This document shows, one piece after another, positions 40,791-50,401 of a stretch of DNA of 59,871 bases; position 1 is the first letter of the stretch, and the number at the start of each line of letters is the position of its first letter. Source of the DNA: Dehalococcoidia bacterium. GTDB taxonomy: Bacteria; Chloroflexota; Dehalococcoidia; SZUA-161; SpSt-899. Under the pieces are notes generated by a model. That model did no database searches. It was given only the letters and a program-made list of their open reading frames with translations, and had not been told where the DNA came from. The stretch is from NCBI GenBank assembly GCA_023271515.1, contig JALPXQ010000001.1:1-59871 (forward strand), in the 5' to 3' direction. The position numbers were made by a program, and so were the translations under genes.

Positions 40791-42802
40791 ACCTACCGCT
40801 GTTACTCAACACGCCGGAACCCATGGTGATGGTGAGGGTGGTAACCACAAGAGACCGTTCCGACGCAACTCTTAAGACCTTACACGAAGAGGGCGTCCTC
40901 CACGTTGAGCAGAGCAAGGAACTGAAGCCGGTTGAGAGGGCGGCTATCGAGGGAGCGCGGAACCGAGTTAGCGAGTCGCTAAAATACATCAATGAAATCC
41001 TATCCTATATCCCCGAGAAAGAGAAGGTCTTCCTGAAGGAAGACCTCACCACCAGGTATCTCCGGCCGTTTGATGAAATCGAGAGCAACACCAGATCGCT
41101 CTACGCCACTCTAACCGACCTCTACAAGAAAGCTGCTGGGCTGGACCGGGAAATCAAGAGGCTGAGGGAGGATAATCGCTACCTTCGGCCACTTAGCGAA
41201 GCGTCCGAGGAAATCGACCTAAACCTGGCCGACTTATCCTTCTGCGGCAATTACCTCTTCTCCAGGGTCTTCGTGTTACCACTCGAGCTTCACCGAGACT
41301 TTCTTGACCGGATTCGGCCCCATACCCTTCACACCGTAGTCGCCACTACAGAGAATGAGGCAGTCGTATATGTGATTGCCAGGGTTGAGGGAAAGAAGGT
41401 CATTGAAGATGCCGCCAGTGACCTGGGCTGCCGGACGCTTGAAATAGCCCCCGAAGACCTCACACTGAAACACTTTCTCGGGATAGTTGAGAGCAGGATC
41501 CAGGGACTTAAGGAGCAACTAACGGCGGTCACCCGAGAGCTTGAGGCCAAGACCAGGGAGCATCTGGCAGAGGTCGTTTTGCTGAAAGAGGTGCTGTCTG
41601 CGGAGAGTGAGCGACTTGCCATTCTGGAGAAGGCCTCGGAGGCAAAGTATGTCACTATGGTTGAGGGCTGGATTCCGGAAGCCAACGTTGAGTCGGCGAT
41701 GCTGCACCTCAAGGAGGCGATTGATATCGTATTCGTCGACGTGCGCGCAGCGACCGAATCAGAGGAGCCCCCAGCGAAATTCAATAACCTCGGTCCGCTT
41801 CGTCCTTTTGAGGTGGTTGTAAAGCTCTTTGGTGTTCCTGGATACAGAGAATGGGATCCTACCCCGATTATTGCCTACACCTTTGCCATCTTCTTTGGGC
41901 TTATGCTCGGGGATGTGATCTACGGACTGGGACTCATACTGGCGGCGAGGTTTATTCTGCCTTCTTTCACCGACGATCCGGAATCCGATAACTTCAAATT
42001 GTTCCAGCGCTTAATCTATACCAGCAGCGTGATCGCCCTTATCGTAGGAGCGGTTACCGGAACCTATCTGGGAGATTTCGGCAAGAGGTTCCTCGGGGTT
42101 TCCAGCGAGAGGTTGGCGATGGTGGAAGCGATCAGAGAAACGCTGATGGATCCCATTTCGTTCATATTGGTCGCGCTGGTGATAGGCATTATTCATGTAA
42201 ACGTCGCTCACCTGCTGGGCTTTATCAGGGGAGCCCGGGAGGGTAATAGAGGGGCAATGCTAAGTCGAGCGGGTATATTCGTCTTCCAGATTTTTGGGAT
42301 ACCGTTTCTCCTTTACAGCATGCTGGATTTTAGGATTGTTCCCGTGGGTGAGGGGGTATACACCGTATTCGGATACCTTACCGCTGCGGGACTGGTGATG
42401 ATCATTGTCGCTGCCTTTATGCAAATGAAGGGCCTGGGAGCGATCTTCTGGCTTTTTGACGTGACTGGAATACTGGGTGATATCATGTCCTATTCACGGT
42501 TGGCCGGCGTGGGTCTGGCCACCTTCTATCTGGCATCCTCATTCAACATGCTCGCAGATATGATCTTTGGTGCTTTGTCAGGTTGGTTGCCGGGTGTTCT
42601 GGGGATCGCCATTGGCGGCATTGCAGCGATTATTATTCTGGTCTTCGCGCACTTACTCAACCTGGCGCTGAGTGGACTGGCGGCCTTCATACACTCGCTG
42701 AGGTTGTGCTTCGTGGAATTCATGTTCAAGTTCTATGAAGGGGGAGGAAGGCAATATGAGCCGTTTTGTCTGAAACCACGCACATTCATCGTTGTGGGGT
42801 AG
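40787..42802 (+). CDS. atpI: A/V-type ATPase subunit I (a subunit)
   Basis: 671 aa. Soluble N-terminal half plus a multi-TM C-terminal half. The LAHxLRLxxVEF-type region is present as HSLRLCFVEF. Confidence 0.9.
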   Translation: MNLPLLLNTPEPMVMVRVVTTRDRSDATLKTLHEEGVLHVEQSKELKPVERAAIEGARNRVSESLKYINEILSYIPEKEKVFLKEDLTTRYLRPFDEIESNTRSLYATLTDLYKKAAGLDREIKRLREDNRYLRPLSEASEEIDLNLADLSFCGNYLFSRVFVLPLELHRDFLDRIRPHTLHTVVATTENEAVVYVIARVEGKKVIEDAASDLGCRTLEIAPEDLTLKHFLGIVESRIQGLKEQLTAVTRELEAKTREHLAEVVLLKEVLSAESERLAILEKASEAKYVTMVEGWIPEANVESAMLHLKEAIDIVFVDVRAATESEEPPAKFNNLGPLRPFEVVVKLFGVPGYREWDPTPIIAYTFAIFFGLMLGDVIYGLGLILAARFILPSFTDDPESDNFKLFQRLIYTSSVIALIVGAVTGTYLGDFGKRFLGVSSERLAMVEAIRETLMDPISFILVALVIGIIHVNVAHLLGFIRGAREGNRGAMLSRAGIFVFQIFGIPFLLYSMLDFRIVPVGEGVYTVFGYLTAAGLVMIIVAAFMQMKGLGAIFWLFDVTGILGDIMSYSRLAGVGLATFYLASSFNMLADMIFGALSGWLPGVLGIAIGGIAAIIILVFAHLLNLALSGLAAFIHSLRLCFVEFMFKFYEGGGRQYEPFCLKPRTFIVVG

Positions 42803-42817
42803 AGTTTTTCGAAAGGA

Positions 42818-43300
42818 GTGGTTAAAATGATAGTTGATCCAGAATCTTTGGCGCTTCTCGGTGGTGCGATAGCACTGGCAGGAGGTCTGGCAGGCTCATC
42901 GATTGGCATAGCCCAGGCCGCATCCGCCGGGGTGGCCATCCTGGCCGACGATCCCAAGCAGCTCAGGAATGTGATAGTATTGGCATCCCTGCCGATGACA
43001 CAAACTTTCTACGGGCTGATAATCTTGATAATCGTCCTGACAACCGTCATGCCAAAGGTCGCCGATATGGGCGCCGGTTACGGCTTTGCCGTATTAGGAT
43101 GCGGTGTCATCGCCGCCTTAGCGGAAGCCTACTCCGCAGCATATCAGGGATCGGTTTGTGCCTCCGGGATATCTCTTCTGTCCAAGACAAAGGGGCGGAT
43201 ACTTACTAACGCCATGATGTTGGCAGTGTTTGTCGAGCTCCTCGGGGTTCTGGGACTGGTGTTCACCATAATGGCCTTGAGCATGATTGGTGTGATGTAG
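42818..43300 (+). CDS. atpK: A/V-type ATPase proteolipid subunit K, duplicated (4-TM) form
   Basis: 160 aa with two hairpins. Only the second hairpin has the carboxylate (VELLG). LPMTQ sits in helix 2 and YQG in helix 3. Confidence 0.9.
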   Translation: MVKMIVDPESLALLGGAIALAGGLAGSSIGIAQAASAGVAILADDPKQLRNVIVLASLPMTQTFYGLIILIIVLTTVMPKVADMGAGYGFAVLGCGVIAALAEAYSAAYQGSVCASGISLLSKTKGRILTNAMMLAVFVELLGVLGLVFTIMALSMIGVM

Positions 43301-43309
43301 AGGTGCCAA

Positions 43310-43894
43310 ATGATTACAGGAATGGAGAAGATCAACGAGGCCATCTTAAGCAAGGTGCAGGAAGAAGCCCGGGGTATCATTGCTGAGGCCGAGGAGAAAG
43401 CCAGAGAAGAGGTGGAGAAAGCGCATGGTCTGCTTGAGGCCAGGCTTGAGGAGGAGAGGCGCAAGCTGAGAGCCGAAGCGGAGGTCGAGGCTGCTCGAAT
43501 CCTGGCTCAAGGCTTGATCAGAGCACGGCAGGAGTTGCTGAAAGCCAAGTCTGAGGTCATCGATGAAATAACCCGCAGGGTGAAGGACGCTCTTTCACGA
43601 ACCACAAGCAATGAGGCGGCGCTCGGGGCATTGCTGAGGGAGGCCACCAATGGTCTGGAGACCGACAAATCACAGATATATGTTGCGCCGAGAGATAAGA
43701 ATATCGTGGAGACGATTGTAAGTAAGGACAGAGAACTTTCGGGCATGGTGACGGGGATCAGAGAGGCCGATTTGCTCGGAGGGGTTATCGCCGAGGATAT
43801 TGAAGGTAAGATGAGGATTGATAACTCCTACGAGACCAGGCTTGAGATCCTGCTGCCGAAGATTCTGCCGCAGGTAAGTAAACAGCTTTTCTAG
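43310..43894 (+). CDS. atpE: A/V-type ATPase subunit E
   Basis: 194 aa, long charged N-terminal helix, operon position. Confidence 0.85.
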   Translation: MITGMEKINEAILSKVQEEARGIIAEAEEKAREEVEKAHGLLEARLEEERRKLRAEAEVEAARILAQGLIRARQELLKAKSEVIDEITRRVKDALSRTTSNEAALGALLREATNGLETDKSQIYVAPRDKNIVETIVSKDRELSGMVTGIREADLLGGVIAEDIEGKMRIDNSYETRLEILLPKILPQVSKQLF

Positions 43895-43911
43895 CAGAAA
43901 GGGGATATTCC

Positions 43912-44946
43912 ATGTTGGCTGATCCCAGATATGCCTTTGCCACGGCATACCTGAAGGCTGAAGAATCCAGAGTGGTAACTTCCGAACACCTGGAACAGAT
44001 GCTGAGAGCATCCAATTTGCCCGAGGCGCTGGACCTCATCCAGGATACGGATATCGGGAGCTATCTGAGGCAGCAGACCATTAACGAATTCGACGACTTT
44101 GATGTCTCGTTATGGGGGTATCTTCAGGGGCACGCAGAGCATCTTGGAGGGCTTCGCATCCTCCCCGATGAGATGCGCTCAATGCTCAAGAAGCACCTTG
44201 TGAAGTACGACGTGCTGAATATCAAAGCCGCCCTCCAGGGCATCGCTGCACAAAAAAAGGCTCGCATGGTGCCGGTGGGGGTTATCTGCAGTCGCGGGTT
44301 ACTCGACGAACTCTCCAACGTTGAAGAGATCGAGAGCCTCATCGAGATAGTGAGAAGGTGCGGGTTGGAAAGATACGCCGATGTGTTGAGCCTGGCAGAG
44401 ACCGTAGACGTCAAGTCGAGGCTCACTCTCGAATCCCGGCTCGACGGCGCCTACTATCAAGATATGTTAGCTGCGGCCGGCGACTTGAGAGAAGGACATG
44501 TGTTGAGCAGTGCCCTTGGTTTCATAATTGACCTGCTGAACCTGCAGATGGTCTTAAGATCCGTAGCGAGGGGAGCGAGTCACGAGGTGATGGAATACAT
44601 CCTCAGCGCTGGCTACATGCTTTCTGCTGAAATCATCAGCGAGTTGCTTTCACTCAAGCTGCCGGATATTCCGGGCAGGCTGGAGGATACCTTCTACTAT
44701 CAGGTGGGACAAGAGGTTGTGGTGAACTATGAAAAGACACATAGCCTTACGGCTATCGAAGAGGTCATAGAAAAACACAAATTTGAGTTGCTCAGGGATA
44801 TTCTCATGCCGAGGGTAATGTCGTCTCTGCTGATAGTGTGGTACCTGATCCTCAAGGAGATGGAGCTACGGAATTTGAGACTGGTCGCCAAATCCCTCCT
44901 CGATAACTTAGAGGGGGCCAAGAGCCTTCTGGTGGGGCCATCATGA
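43912..44946 (+). CDS. atpC: A/V-type ATPase subunit C (d)
   Basis: 344 aa helical protein, operon position. Confidence 0.85.
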   Translation: MLADPRYAFATAYLKAEESRVVTSEHLEQMLRASNLPEALDLIQDTDIGSYLRQQTINEFDDFDVSLWGYLQGHAEHLGGLRILPDEMRSMLKKHLVKYDVLNIKAALQGIAAQKKARMVPVGVICSRGLLDELSNVEEIESLIEIVRRCGLERYADVLSLAETVDVKSRLTLESRLDGAYYQDMLAAAGDLREGHVLSSALGFIIDLLNLQMVLRSVARGASHEVMEYILSAGYMLSAEIISELLSLKLPDIPGRLEDTFYYQVGQEVVVNYEKTHSLTAIEEVIEKHKFELLRDILMPRVMSSLLIVWYLILKEMELRNLRLVAKSLLDNLEGAKSLLVGPS

Positions 44947-45296
44947 CGCGCCTCCAACATCTGACCATCGCCGTTGTCGGGGATGAGGACCTGGTAAACG
45001 GAATGAGGCTCGTCGGCATCAGCCGCTATTGTCTGATAGAAGGTAACAGCGATGTTCGTACCGACGTTAGAAGAGGCCTGACCGAACTGGTAAGAGATCC
45101 GGAGATCGGCATAATCATTATTCTGGAGGAGTATACCGAGCATGCCGATGATCTAATTGCCGGTGTCAGAGGTGAGAAAAGTATGACCCCGGTGATCGTC
45201 GAAGTGCCGTCCAAGTACGGAACCAAGCACGAAGACATCGGGGCGCTCTATAGGGCATACATCAAACACTTCATCGGGTTCGAGATGGAAATCTAA
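44943..45296 (+). CDS. atpF: A/V-type ATPase subunit F
   Basis: 117 aa, IAVVGDEDLVNGMRLVG motif, operon position. Confidence 0.85.
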   Translation: MTRLQHLTIAVVGDEDLVNGMRLVGISRYCLIEGNSDVRTDVRRGLTELVRDPEIGIIIILEEYTEHADDLIAGVRGEKSMTPVIVEVPSKYGTKHEDIGALYRAYIKHFIGFEMEI

Positions 45297-45327
45297 AGAG
45301 AAGTTGCGTAAGTAGGGGGCTAAGAGT

Positions 45328-47070
45328 ATGGGTAAGATATGGAGAATTTCCGGTCCGGTAGTCATCGCCGAGGGTATGAGAGGCTCGCAGGTCTATGAGG
45401 TGGTCCACATTGGCGAGGAAGAGCTCATCGGTGAGGTCATCGGGCTTGACGGAGACCGGGCAACCATCCAGGCCCACGAGGATACCCTGGGATTACGGGT
45501 GGGCGAGCGAATTGAGGGAACGGGCAAGATCCTGACCGCCGAGTTGGGCCCCGGGATTATGGCCTCCATCTACGATGGTTTGCAGAAATCGCTGACCAGT
45601 TTGATGAGCGGTGGTGAACTGTTCCTCAAACGTGGCGCCAAGGCATTTGCCCTCCCCAGGGACAAGAAGTGGCATTTCACACCCCGGGTCAAGGTTGGCG
45701 ACACTCTCGATGAAGGCCACATTATAGGCGTTGTTCCCGAGACCGAACTGGTGGAACACCGTATAATGGTTCCTCCCGGAACCAGGGGTACACTAAAGAG
45801 AATCGTTGGAGAAGGGGAATACACCATCGAGGAGCCGATCGCCTGGGTCGAGCAGGACGGGGTGCAAAAGGAGCTTACCCTCAAGCAAGAGTGGCCGGTG
45901 AGAAAGCCCCGACCATACAAGAACAGGTTCGATCCCTCCGGGCTCCTTGTCACCGGCATGCGGATCATGGATTATATGTTCCCTCTGGCTCTGGGTGGCA
46001 AGGCCTGTGTGCCAGGAGGATTTGGTACGGGCAAAACCGTTGCCTTGCAGCAGTTGGTCAGATGGGCGCAGACCGATATCAATATCTATGTCGGCTGCGG
46101 GGAGCGGGGCAATGAGATGGCCGATGTGCTCCACAGTTTCACCAGGCTCCGGGAACCGAAGACCGGCCGCTTGCTCATGGAAAAGGAGGTCTTCATCGCC
46201 AACACCTCCAATATGCCGGTTATCGCTCGCGAGGTGAGCGTCTTTATCGGCATTACCCTCGCCGAATACTTCAGGGATATGGGATATGACATCCTTCTGG
46301 TGGCCGATTCGACATCGCGCTGGGCCGAGGCCATGCGAGAATTAGGCGGCCGGCTGGAGGAGATGCCCGGCGAGGAAGGCTTCCCGCCATACCTGGGTTC
46401 CCGCCTGGCCAGCTTTTATGAGCGGGCAGGGATGGTGGAGTGTCTGGGCTCACCGCAAAGGAAGGGCTCGTTAACAGTGGTGGGCGCAGTCAGCCCTCCC
46501 GGGGCCGACTTCAGTGAGCCGGTGACCCAAAACACGCTTCGCATAATCGAAGCCCTTTATTCTCTGGATGTCGCCCTGGCCAACCGGAGGCACTTCCCCA
46601 CCATCAACTGGCTTGCGAGCTACAGTCTCTATGCTGAGAGCACCAGGGAATGGTGGAGCGAAATCGCTCCCGATTGGGCGGATATCAGGGCGTCGGCATT
46701 GAAGGTATTGCAGCAGGAGGCTCAGCTCGAGGAGATCGTCCGACTCGTGGGGCCGGAGGCCTTGCCGGAGAACGATAAGCTCCTTCTCTTGTGTGCCAGG
46801 ATGATTCGCGAGGACTTCCTGGCCCAAAGCGCCTACCATGAGATAGACACCTATTGCCTGCCAAAGCGAGCTCACCTGATGCTCCGGACGATAATGAAAT
46901 TCTATGAGCTGGCCGGGGCGATGGTTAACTCCGGGATACCTGTCAGCGAGATCCGCTCCTCCCCGATGGTGCCTCGAATTTCAAGGATGAAGGACATACC
47001 GAGCGAGGAATTCGAGGATCGCATCGCTGAGCTATGGACCGAGATGGATGCGAGTCTGGTGGGGGGTTGA
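45328..47070 (+). CDS. atpA: A/V-type ATPase catalytic subunit A
   Basis: 580 aa, Walker A PGGFGTGKTV, non-homologous region present. Confidence 0.97.
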   Translation: MGKIWRISGPVVIAEGMRGSQVYEVVHIGEEELIGEVIGLDGDRATIQAHEDTLGLRVGERIEGTGKILTAELGPGIMASIYDGLQKSLTSLMSGGELFLKRGAKAFALPRDKKWHFTPRVKVGDTLDEGHIIGVVPETELVEHRIMVPPGTRGTLKRIVGEGEYTIEEPIAWVEQDGVQKELTLKQEWPVRKPRPYKNRFDPSGLLVTGMRIMDYMFPLALGGKACVPGGFGTGKTVALQQLVRWAQTDINIYVGCGERGNEMADVLHSFTRLREPKTGRLLMEKEVFIANTSNMPVIAREVSVFIGITLAEYFRDMGYDILLVADSTSRWAEAMRELGGRLEEMPGEEGFPPYLGSRLASFYERAGMVECLGSPQRKGSLTVVGAVSPPGADFSEPVTQNTLRIIEALYSLDVALANRRHFPTINWLASYSLYAESTREWWSEIAPDWADIRASALKVLQQEAQLEEIVRLVGPEALPENDKLLLLCARMIREDFLAQSAYHEIDTYCLPKRAHLMLRTIMKFYELAGAMVNSGIPVSEIRSSPMVPRISRMKDIPSEEFEDRIAELWTEMDASLVGG

Positions 47071-47260
47071 AGCAGGAGTGAGGAGGGGCTTAAACAAAAG
47101 AGAATCGTAACCATTCAGGTTGTCACGTTCAGGGTTCACGGTTGATGGTTGGTTGCCTAACAGTCAATCTTGATTAGTCTAACCTTGAACCGTGAAGCCA
47201 GGAACCTTGGACTTTGAACCATGAGGCCGATTGAAATCATGGCAGGAAAAGGGTGATAAC

Positions 47261-48670
47261 ATGGAATACTCAGCACTTTACATAAAAGAAGCACAGGCAA
47301 TTGAGAAGACTAAAGGCTCGCTGCTGGTGACACGGAGTGTCCCGGGGATAAAATTTGAGGAAATCGTTGATGTCCAGCTCCGCAGCGGAGAACTGAAGCT
47401 CGGCAAAGCGATAGACATCAGTGGTGAAACCAGCATAATCCAGGTCTTCGGCGGGGTCAGCGAGGTTGACCTGGTGGGAAGTCGAGTCAGGTGCAAGGGC
47501 GAGACCCTGAAATTGCCCGTCTCTATCGATATTCTGGGCCGCATCTTCAACGGGATGGGAGAACCGATCGATGGTAACCCTCCTATCATTCCCGATGATT
47601 ACCTGGACATCAATGGGGAGCCAATCAACCCGGCGGCGCGCATGCCACCGGCGGAGTTTATCGAGACCGGCATCTCCGCTATCGATGGCCTGAATGCCCT
47701 GGTCAGGGGGCAGAAGCTGCCGCTGTTCAGCGGGGCCGGACTGCCACATAACCGGATCGCCGCCCAGATCATCCGCCAGGCAGCAGTCAAGGGCAAGGAA
47801 GAGAGATTCGCCATAGTCTTCGGTGCCCTCGGCGTGAGCTACGACGAAGCCTCGTTTTTCATGAGAAATCTGGAAGAGACCGGCGCACTGGAAAGGAGCG
47901 TGGCCTTTATCAATACCGCGTCCGACCCGGTGATCGAACGCATTTCCACGCCGAGGTTAGCACTCACCGCGGCGGAATACCTGGCATGGCAGCACGACAT
48001 GCATGTGCTGGTTATCCTTACCGACATGACCAATTACTGCGAGGCTCTGCGTGAGCTCTCCGCCATGAGGGAGGAGATTCCCAGTCGCCGAGGATACCCC
48101 GGTTACATGTACACCGATCTCGCCACGATGTATGAGCGCGCCGGGAGAATCACCGGCAAGGAAGGCTCGGTGACCATCATACCCATCCTGACCATGCCCG
48201 ATGATGACATTACCCACCCGATCCCCGACCTCACTGGATACATCACCGAGGGACAGATCGTGCTCTCGCGTGAGTTTGACCGCAAGGGAATCTATCCCCC
48301 GATCGACGTGTTCCTCTCCCTTTCCCGAATGATGAAGGAGGGGATCGGTCCCGGCCAGACCAGAGAGGACCATAATAATGTCTTTATGCAGTCGTATGCG
48401 GCCTATGCTGAGGGGTGCTATCTGCGGGAGATATCAACCATCATCGGTGCCGAAGGCTTAAGCGACAGGGATAAGGTATACCTCAACAATGCCGATGCCT
48501 TCGAGACGACATTCATCGCGCAGGGCGAGACTGAGAAACGGACGGTGGAGCAAACCCTGGATATCGGCTGGCAACTCTTCGCCAACCTGGCCGAAGAGGA
48601 CCTGAAGCTCATCAGCGAGGAATTCATCAAGAAGTATCACCCGAAGTACCGGGCTGCCCCAGAGGAATAG
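47261..48670 (+). CDS. atpB: A/V-type ATPase subunit B
   Basis: [12 protein letters not shown]... start after AAGGGTGA. B-type sequence without a canonical P-loop. Confidence 0.97.
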   Translation: MEYSALYIKEAQAIEKTKGSLLVTRSVPGIKFEEIVDVQLRSGELKLGKAIDISGETSIIQVFGGVSEVDLVGSRVRCKGETLKLPVSIDILGRIFNGMGEPIDGNPPIIPDDYLDINGEPINPAARMPPAEFIETGISAIDGLNALVRGQKLPLFSGAGLPHNRIAAQIIRQAAVKGKEERFAIVFGALGVSYDEASFFMRNLEETGALERSVAFINTASDPVIERISTPRLALTAAEYLAWQHDMHVLVILTDMTNYCEALRELSAMREEIPSRRGYPGYMYTDLATMYERAGRITGKEGSVTIIPILTMPDDDITHPIPDLTGYITEGQIVLSREFDRKGIYPPIDVFLSLSRMMKEGIGPGQTREDHNNVFMQSYAAYAEGCYLREISTIIGAEGLSDRDKVYLNNADAFETTFIAQGETEKRTVEQTLDIGWQLFANLAEEDLKLISEEFIKKYHPKYRAAPEE

Positions 48671-48685
48671 ACTCCGGAAATCGGG

Positions 48686-48982
48686 TTGGAGGCAAATCTA
48701 ATGGTTTATGGTGGAGGAGCAGCAGCAGCAGCCGCGGCAATAGCTAACGCCATTAAGGCAAGTGGGGCAATTATCAGGGTAGAGCCGGGCGAATTTCAGA
48801 AGATTCTATCCAGAGTAGATGAACCACTGGTCGTTCGAGCTGAAGGTGGTTGGCGGACTAAGAATTACCAGTACCTCACGGCATATAAGGGGCTTATTTT
48901 CCACACCAAATCGCAATCCGAACTTTTACTCCCCTCGCGTGTTGAAATGATTTCGGCAGACAAGATTTGGATACCAGATTAG
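48686..48982 (+). CDS. hypothetical 98-aa protein inserted between ATPase subunits B and D
   Basis: ORF with an Ala-rich N-terminus (GGGAAAAAAAIANAIKASG). I recognise no family. Confidence 0.5.
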   Translation: MEANLMVYGGGAAAAAAAIANAIKASGAIIRVEPGEFQKILSRVDEPLVVRAEGGWRTKNYQYLTAYKGLIFHTKSQSELLLPSRVEMISADKIWIPD

Positions 48983-49127
48983 TAACCGTTCAGCCATTCT
49001 AGAGGCTCTTTCGACAGGATTACAGGATTAGCTTTGTCCCCCCGAAGGCGGGGAGTGGGGATTCCCATCTCGTTTATCCTGTTATCCAGTCAAAAACTTA
49101 AACCTTGCTGAATGGATACCAGATTAG
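48968..49127 (+). repeat. 15-bp direct repeat pair flanking a 130-bp structured spacer
   Basis: TGGATACCAGATTAG at 48968-48982 and again at 49113-49127. Inside, GACAGGATTACAGGAT (49013-49028) is an imperfect inverted repeat of ATCCTGTTATCCAGTC (49076-49091). Confidence 0.8.
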
Positions 49128-49136
49128 GGAGAACCA

Positions 49137-49763
49137 ATGCCACAGTTAATCAGGGTCAGGCCAACCAAGATTGAACTGGTGCGGTTGAAGCGCCGGCTTT
49201 CGCTGGCCAAGCGCGTGCAGAAGATAGTCAAGGACCGGCTCTCGATTCTGACCATGGAATTCCTGCAGGTGGCCAGAGAGAGTGTGGCGAAGAAAAGGTC
49301 TCTCATCGAGGAGTTCGCCATGGCCTACCGGTCGCAGACGGTTGCCGCCGGATATCACGGATATATCGCGTTAGAGAAGGAGTTCGCCGCTTCTGAAGCT
49401 GATGTAAGGGTCGCCACCGGATCGAGGAATATCGCCGGAGTGAGAGCTCCAGTGTTCGAGCTGAAGGAGGGCAAGACTGGAGCGTCACCGGGGTTCAGCC
49501 TGATTGATACCTCGTCCACCGTTGATCAGGCGGCGGAATCGTTCCGGAAGTGCCTTGAAGTCATTATCGAGTTGGCCGAGCTTCAGCGGAGCCTCGAATT
49601 GCTGGGAATGGAGATCAAACGGGCAAAACGGGTGAGTAATGCCCTCGAATATGTGGTCATCCCCAACCTGCAGGTGACGATAAAGCACCTCAATATGAAG
49701 TTTGAGGAGAGGGAGCGGGAGGAGAAGTCGCGGCTCAAACGAGTTAAGGTCCTCCTGCAGTGA
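49137..49763 (+). CDS. atpD: A/V-type ATPase subunit D
   Basis: VRPTKIELVRLKRRL N-terminus, 208 aa. Confidence 0.92.
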   Translation: MPQLIRVRPTKIELVRLKRRLSLAKRVQKIVKDRLSILTMEFLQVARESVAKKRSLIEEFAMAYRSQTVAAGYHGYIALEKEFAASEADVRVATGSRNIAGVRAPVFELKEGKTGASPGFSLIDTSSTVDQAAESFRKCLEVIIELAELQRSLELLGMEIKRAKRVSNALEYVVIPNLQVTIKHLNMKFEEREREEKSRLKRVKVLLQ

Positions 49764-49771
49764 GACCAGCC

Positions 49772-50206
49772 ATGGCAGAGGAAATGCTCTATGAGAAGGC
49801 GCTCCAGCGGTATCTCAGTGACGAGTTGAAGGTAGTCAATGCCCATCTGCCATGGCAATGCAAGCCACTTTCGGAGCTTCTAGGCGAAGAACACCCTCAC
49901 GTAGTCTGTAGTGACGGAAGTGTGCAGTCCTTCAAGCGGAGGGAGCTGGCCTACCTTGCCGGGCTGCTGAATGAGGAGGAATGCCAGAGGTTGCTGCTCC
50001 CCATGCTCATTGAGGTTCTCCCCGACCAGGGCGAGGCAATTGTGCCAAGCCATGAAGGGATCGAGGAGAAGATCATTGCCCACATTCTGGAAATGCCCCT
50101 TGTCAGGACGGAGAGCGGAATCAGGATATATCGTCCCCAGCTCAGCGCCCTGCGCAGTATCCTCAAAACAACCACGCAGTACGTTTTCTCAGCGCCGACA
50201 ACCTGA
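49772..50206 (+). CDS. hypothetical protein, possibly UPF0216/DUF61-like
   Basis: ORF coupled to the atpD stop (alternative GTG at 49760). The C-terminal YRPQLSALRSILKTTTQYVF recalls the archaeal DUF61 family, from memory only. Confidence 0.5.
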   Translation: MAEEMLYEKALQRYLSDELKVVNAHLPWQCKPLSELLGEEHPHVVCSDGSVQSFKRRELAYLAGLLNEEECQRLLLPMLIEVLPDQGEAIVPSHEGIEEKIIAHILEMPLVRTESGIRIYRPQLSALRSILKTTTQYVFSAPTT

Positions 50207-50333
50207 GCCGTCAATCTTACTCCAATCTCTCCCACTCTTCATGGCCATCATCGATGGGATGGCTCTTGGGAATGGCCTCTGGGACGAAGATCGAGTGGGT
50301 ATCAAAGATAGGACAGCGGCCCGGAAACCCACA

Positions 50334-50363
50334 TTGCAACGCAGGAGGTTGATGGTATATAAT
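50334..50363 (+). promoter_or_regulatory. sigma-70-like promoter upstream of the recombinase
   Basis: TTGCAA-N18-TATAAT. AGGAGG follows at 50391-50396 and the ATG at 50402. Confidence 0.45.
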
Positions 50364-50401
50364 GGCTATGCAGGAGGGTATGTGTGCGTCAGGAGGTGAG
50401 C

